A stretch of 20,267 nucleotides of DNA, from NCBI GenBank assembly GCA_042216335.1, contig JBDGTY010000026.1, forward strand, positions 23,409 to 43,675. The letters are read 5' to 3'. The notes beneath the pieces were generated by a model. The model was not told where the DNA came from and made no database searches. It worked only from the letters and a program-made list of their open reading frames with translations. Below, one piece after another: positions 16,833-20,267 of the stretch (its first letter is position 1; each line of letters starts with the position of its first letter). The DNA is from Candidatus Nanohalobium sp. Its GTDB lineage: Archaea > Nanohalarchaeota > Nanosalinia > Nanosalinales > Nanosalinaceae. The position numbers and the translations under genes were made by a program.

Positions 16833-16884
16833 TCAAAAATCACCTAGGTGATTTTCTGCATGATCAGAAACTCTTTGAGTTTCG
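16830..16884 (-). promoter_or_regulatory. Two-hairpin cis-regulatory RNA element, copy 2 (atpK leader)
   Basis: mRNA GAAACUC-AAA-GAGUUUC-UGAUCAUGCAG-AAAAUCAC-CUAG-GUGAUUUU-UGA-AUG; same geometry as copy 1 with compensatory changes in both stems. Confidence 0.75.
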
Positions 16885-16889
16885 TTCAT
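16833..16889 (-). CDS. Putative leader peptide/uORF before atpK (18 aa, MNETQRVSDHAENHLGDF)
   Basis: SD GAGGTGA at 16900-16906, ATG at 16889, and TGA at 16833-16835 directly abutting the atpK ATG in frame. Too short for the ORF track. Confidence 0.55.
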   Translation of the reverse strand: MNETQRVSDHAENHLGDF

Positions 16890-16917
16890 TGTGTGATTTT
16901 CACCTCAAAATACTGTT

Positions 16918-18759
16918 TTAACTGCGATTTGCTCCGAATGGAGCGTATTCTTTGCCGCCTCCCTCAAAGAACTTTCCGAACATCTCCACGTAGTGGAGTC
17001 GGATTCCCTGAAGGAAGCCTTCCATGATTTTGATGAACGTGTTGAAAACGTGCCCGATCACGAGGATCAATGTACCGAATACAATTCCCATAATTCCTCC
17101 TGTACCGAACGCTGTGTTGGCTATGCTGTTTACAACCGCTGCGAGTGCGACTGCCGCTACCGATACCCCGAAGATCCTGAGATAGGACAGGATGTTTGCG
17201 AGTAGTGACGGGATCTCTACCAGTCCCTCTACTCCTTCCCCAAGGTAGAGAAGCGGTACTGCGAGCGCCATCACCGGTAGCCCCGCCGTCGGGCTGACGA
17301 GGAGTGCTAGTGCTGCCCCTGCCTGGAGTACGTACCACGAACCTTTCTCAAGGAACGCCTCCTTGACGCCATGGTTGATGTACTCGTTGTAGAACCCGAT
17401 GCCGTATCCCAGATTGACGTGGAGTACTCCTATCAGTGCTGAGATTTTGAATACCTGACCCAGGTGCTCCGCCCTGTGGAACACAATCGGGATCTGTTTG
17501 AACAGATGAATACCTGTCACGTGCGCCAGCTCGCTGTGATGGCCGAATATGACGTAACCGAACGCGTCACCGAACAGAAGCCCAAAGAATATCGTGGCGA
17601 CGGATGCATACATCAATGACTTGAAGATCTCCGCGCCCTTCGGGAACATACGATAACCAGCGTAGAAAACCGCCAAGGTCGTCAAACCGTAACCTGCATC
17701 ACCGATCATGAATCCGAAGAACAGCGGGAACGTAAGCATCAGTACCGCCGACGGATCTAGTTCGTTATATCTCGGTACAGCCACGAGGTCCGTCAATGAC
17801 TCGAAAGGCTGCACCGCCCTATTATTTTCGTGTTTTACAGGAGGCTCTTCATCCTCTGCCTCCTCTCTCTGGACGTGGATATTCCCTTCTGCGACATCAG
17901 CCAGAGACTCCTCTACTTCACCGTACTTCTCTTCAGGAATCCATCCCTGGGCGATGAAAGCATGGTCGGTTGTCGCGAAGTTGATCGGTGCCTCCGCCTT
18001 CTCAACCTTCTCAGTCAGAAAGTCCTCGACGTAGAGGAGTTTAACCCTCCATTTCTCGGCCAGGTCCTTTCTGTCATTCTCGACCTGCTCAACCTCGTAT
18101 TCTATGCTTTCCTTCCTGTCATCTATCTCGCTGTAGATCTGCTCCATACTCTTGCTTCCGTCGACACCGGCTTCAGGCACGCGGTACTGCTCCTTCGACG
18201 CATCCTGGATAGCCCCCTCGACCTGACGGGACTTGTCGGAGGAGTAAACTACTGCTGTGGCCGACTCGCCCTCGAAAATCTCGAACCTGTCGGTCATGAC
18301 TTCGGAGCGGAAACTTTCGATGTCCAGCTTTCCCACCCAGACGCTCAATGCTTCAGACTCCTGGAGATCCCTGTACTCAAGTCCAGAACCTTTCAGCCTC
18401 TTGAAGAACTTTCTGTTATCTTTGATCTGTTCGAGCTCCCGCTCGTACTCTTCTTCCTCTGCGTCCAGAGACTCTACCTTCTCCGAGATTTCAGGGAACT
18501 TCTCCTGCATCTTCTCGATCGAGTATGTTTCCTTTTCCGCCTCTACTTCCGGCAGTTTGGACAGGAGCGACCTGACGTCAACAAGTAGTTCGGAGAGTTC
18601 CTCGGCCTCTTCTCCAGGACTTCCCGTCTCCAGTTCGCCATCGTACTGGCTGATATCCATGACTTCGAGCCTGTGAAGCTCTTCGATCACTGCTTCAAGG
18701 TTGTTCTTCGGTCCTGTGACCGATATCCTGGTCATCCGTGTAGGCCTGATCTTATTCAC
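16918..18759 (-). CDS. atpI: A/V-type ATP synthase subunit I (a)
   Basis: PRYNELDPS...TFPLFFGFMIGDAGYG, NILSYLRIFG with the essential Arg, LQGIRLHYVEMFGKFFEGGG. Confidence 0.96.
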   Translation of the reverse strand: MNKIRPTRMTRISVTGPKNNLEAVIEELHRLEVMDISQYDGELETGSPGEEAEELSELLVDVRSLLSKLPEVEAEKETYSIEKMQEKFPEISEKVESLDAEEEEYERELEQIKDNRKFFKRLKGSGLEYRDLQESEALSVWVGKLDIESFRSEVMTDRFEIFEGESATAVVYSSDKSRQVEGAIQDASKEQYRVPEAGVDGSKSMEQIYSEIDDRKESIEYEVEQVENDRKDLAEKWRVKLLYVEDFLTEKVEKAEAPINFATTDHAFIAQGWIPEEKYGEVEESLADVAEGNIHVQREEAEDEEPPVKHENNRAVQPFESLTDLVAVPRYNELDPSAVLMLTFPLFFGFMIGDAGYGLTTLAVFYAGYRMFPKGAEIFKSLMYASVATIFFGLLFGDAFGYVIFGHHSELAHVTGIHLFKQIPIVFHRAEHLGQVFKISALIGVLHVNLGYGIGFYNEYINHGVKEAFLEKGSWYVLQAGAALALLVSPTAGLPVMALAVPLLYLGEGVEGLVEIPSLLANILSYLRIFGVSVAAVALAAVVNSIANTAFGTGGIMGIVFGTLILVIGHVFNTFIKIMEGFLQGIRLHYVEMFGKFFEGGGKEYAPFGANRS

Positions 18760-19075
18760 CTAGATAGTCCTGTCTGAACTTTTCCATCAGAAAATCTTCC
18801 ACTTCCTCCATGTTTTCAGAAGCGGCTGAACTGATTTTCCGGGCTTCGTCCTCGCCCTCTTCGATTATCCTTTCCTTCTCGTCCTCCAGATTGTTCCTGA
18901 ACTTCTTCATGCGGCTTTCCTTGAGCTCCTCTACGTCTTCACGGGCGTCCTCGATTATATTCTCTGCCTTCTCCTTTGCTCTCTCTATTCGCTCCTCTTT
19001 TTCTTCCTTTGCTTCCTGGACTATCTCGTCTGCCCTTTGCTCCGCTTCCTTTACCTCTTGAACTACTTCAGCCAC
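18752..19075 (-). CDS. atpH: A/V-type ATP synthase subunit H (G)
   Basis: 107-aa charged coiled coil (EVVQEVKEAEQRADEIVQEA), first gene of the operon, overlaps the atpI start; GTG start with GGTGG upstream. Confidence 0.88.
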   Translation of the reverse strand: MAEVVQEVKEAEQRADEIVQEAKEEKEERIERAKEKAENIIEDAREDVEELKESRMKKFRNNLEDEKERIIEEGEDEARKISSAASENMEEVEDFLMEKFRQDYLGE

Positions 19076-19179
19076 TTGTAATCCACCGCATCAAACACAC
19101 ACCATTAGAAAGTTTATAAACCCCTTCACAGCCGATATCGAAGACCTATTTAAAAAGATTTTGCCGACCAGATATTTTC
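19076..19179. promoter_or_regulatory. Divergent promoters for the atp operon and trm1
   Basis: TTTATAAA at 19113-19120 lies about 40 nt before atpH. TTTAAAAA at 19149-19156 lies about 24-31 nt before the trm1 ATG. Confidence 0.6.
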
Positions 19180-20267
19180 ATGGAACGTGGAGAGGAACGT
19201 GGAACAGTCTTCTACTCCAGCAAGGAGGCCGAGAAAGATACTGAAGTCTTCTTCAACGAGGATATGAAGACCAACAGAGACCTCTCCGTGCTCGCCGCCC
19301 GCGTGTTCAAAGATAATATAGAAGGCGAGATGAGGATAGTTGATGCGCTGGCAGCCTCCGGAATCCGCGGAATGCGTTACTCATCGGAGGGAAAGGTTTG
19401 GATGAACGACGCCAACCCTTCAGCAGTTGAAGCCATGGAGAAAGGACTGGAGGAAAACAATGTAGAGGCAGAAGTGTCGGAGAACGACACCAACGTGTTC
19501 CTCTCCGAACACAAGAACTACTTCCACTTCGTCGACGTCGACCCCTACGGAAGCTTCGTGAACTTCCTCGACTCTGCCGCCCGAGCCACGAACCACACCG
19601 GATTCGCAGGCTTTACAGCGACGGACAACGCGGCACCTGCAGGAAGCTACAAAACCGTCTGCCAGAGACGCTACGGATCAACACCGCTGAAAAACAGCTT
19701 CATGCACGAGACCGGCCTCCGGATATACATCAGAGAAGTATTCGAGAACTACGCAAGATACGACAAGGCCTTTGACCCAAAAGTCTGCTGGCACGAGCAG
19801 CACTACAGCCGGGTCATGGGCCGCGTCACCGAATCCAAACAGCGCTGCAACAACTCACTGGAAAACATAGAATACCTATCATACTGCAACGATTGTGGAT
19901 GGCGAAAACTGGAAGATATAGACAGATGCCCACGATGCGAGACAGAGACTCAGAAGGCCGGGCCTCTATGGACAGGAAAACTTTCAGACCAGCGATTCAC
20001 GGAGAAAATGCTGGAAGAAACGCCGAAAAGATGGGAAGATTCCAGAGAATTCCTGGAGAAGATCCACGGCGAGGCCGAGATAATCACGCCTTTCTACGAC
20101 ATCCATGAACTCTGCTCCAAGCACAAGTTGCAGGTTCCAAAACGGAAAGACGTCATCAAAGCCCTGAAAGACACCGGCTATCCCGTCTCACGTACCCACT
20201 TCTCTGCCACAGGCCTCAGAACAGATGCACCGTTAGACGACATATTGAAGATTCTCAGAGAGTTAAA
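19180..20267 (+). CDS. trm1: tRNA (guanine-26 N2)-dimethyltransferase Trm1, last codons outside window
   Basis: Not in the ORF track. My translation from ATG 19180 gives VFFNEDMKTNRDLSV, DALAASGIRGMRY, WMNDANP, VDVDPYGS, TATD, HETGLRI, a CxxC...CxxC Zn ribbon, AGPLWTG and SRTHFSATGLRTDAP. Confidence 0.95.
   Translation, partial: MERGEERGTVFYSSKEAEKDTEVFFNEDMKTNRDLSVLAARVFKDNIEGEMRIVDALAASGIRGMRYSSEGKVWMNDANPSAVEAMEKGLEENNVEAEVSENDTNVFLSEHKNYFHFVDVDPYGSFVNFLDSAARATNHTGFAGFTATDNAAPAGSYKTVCQRRYGSTPLKNSFMHETGLRIYIREVFENYARYDKAFDPKVCWHEQHYSRVMGRVTESKQRCNNSLENIEYLSYCNDCGWRKLEDIDRCPRCETETQKAGPLWTGKLSDQRFTEKMLEETPKRWEDSREFLEKIHGEAEIITPFYDIHELCSKHKLQVPKRKDVIKALKDTGYPVSRTHFSATGLRTDAPLDDILKILREL

Noticed and set aside
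14549-16889. Genome-wide TGA reassignment or selenocysteine to explain the in-frame TGA-ATG junctions
   Set aside because: TGA is the normal stop for several genes here (moxR, 3024-4694, atpE, atpF), and the position is not a Cys-equivalent site. Only local readthrough remains possible.
19181-19206. Short GGAACGTGGA repeat at the trm1 start
   Set aside because: Two copies encoding ERG-E-ERG in coding sequence; no array structure.
19-20108. Numerous antisense or out-of-frame ORFs in the track (e.g. 3312-4100, 6583-7152, 17830-18588, 19893-20108)
   Set aside because: They are shadows of well-supported acidic genes, with Ser/Leu/Arg-rich composition and no motifs.
1-20267. CRISPR array, tRNA/rRNA genes, transposase or integrase
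   Set aside because: No regularly spaced repeats, no intergenic space with a cloverleaf, and no mobile-element motifs were seen.

Overview
Archaeal window with a very acidic (salt-in) proteome, GGTGA/GGAGG Shine-Dalgarno sites and TATA-box promoters; it is most consistent with a DPANN Nanohaloarchaeota-type genome (inference). Left part: a minus-strand module of DUF58 (truncated by the window edge), MoxR AAA+ ATPase, membrane protein and TM-anchored coiled-coil protein. It is divergent from a large coiled-coil/HTH protein and a 920-aa TIM-barrel (endonuclease IV/xylose isomerase-like) protein with a large insertion. Middle: a probably frameshifted DUF218-like gene, a nucleotidyltransferase with a long helical tail, a poly-gamma-glutamate hydrolase-family gene and an LMW phosphatase. 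Right part: a complete A/V-type ATP synthase operon (H-I-K-E-C-F-A-B-[extra ORF]-D, minus strand) and a divergent trm1 running off the end. The most notable observation is a 55-nt two-hairpin element with compensatory base changes, present twice in the ATP synthase operon, directly before atpK and atpA. Each copy lies in a short SD-led upstream ORF ending AENxxGDF-TGA that abuts the subunit ATG in frame.
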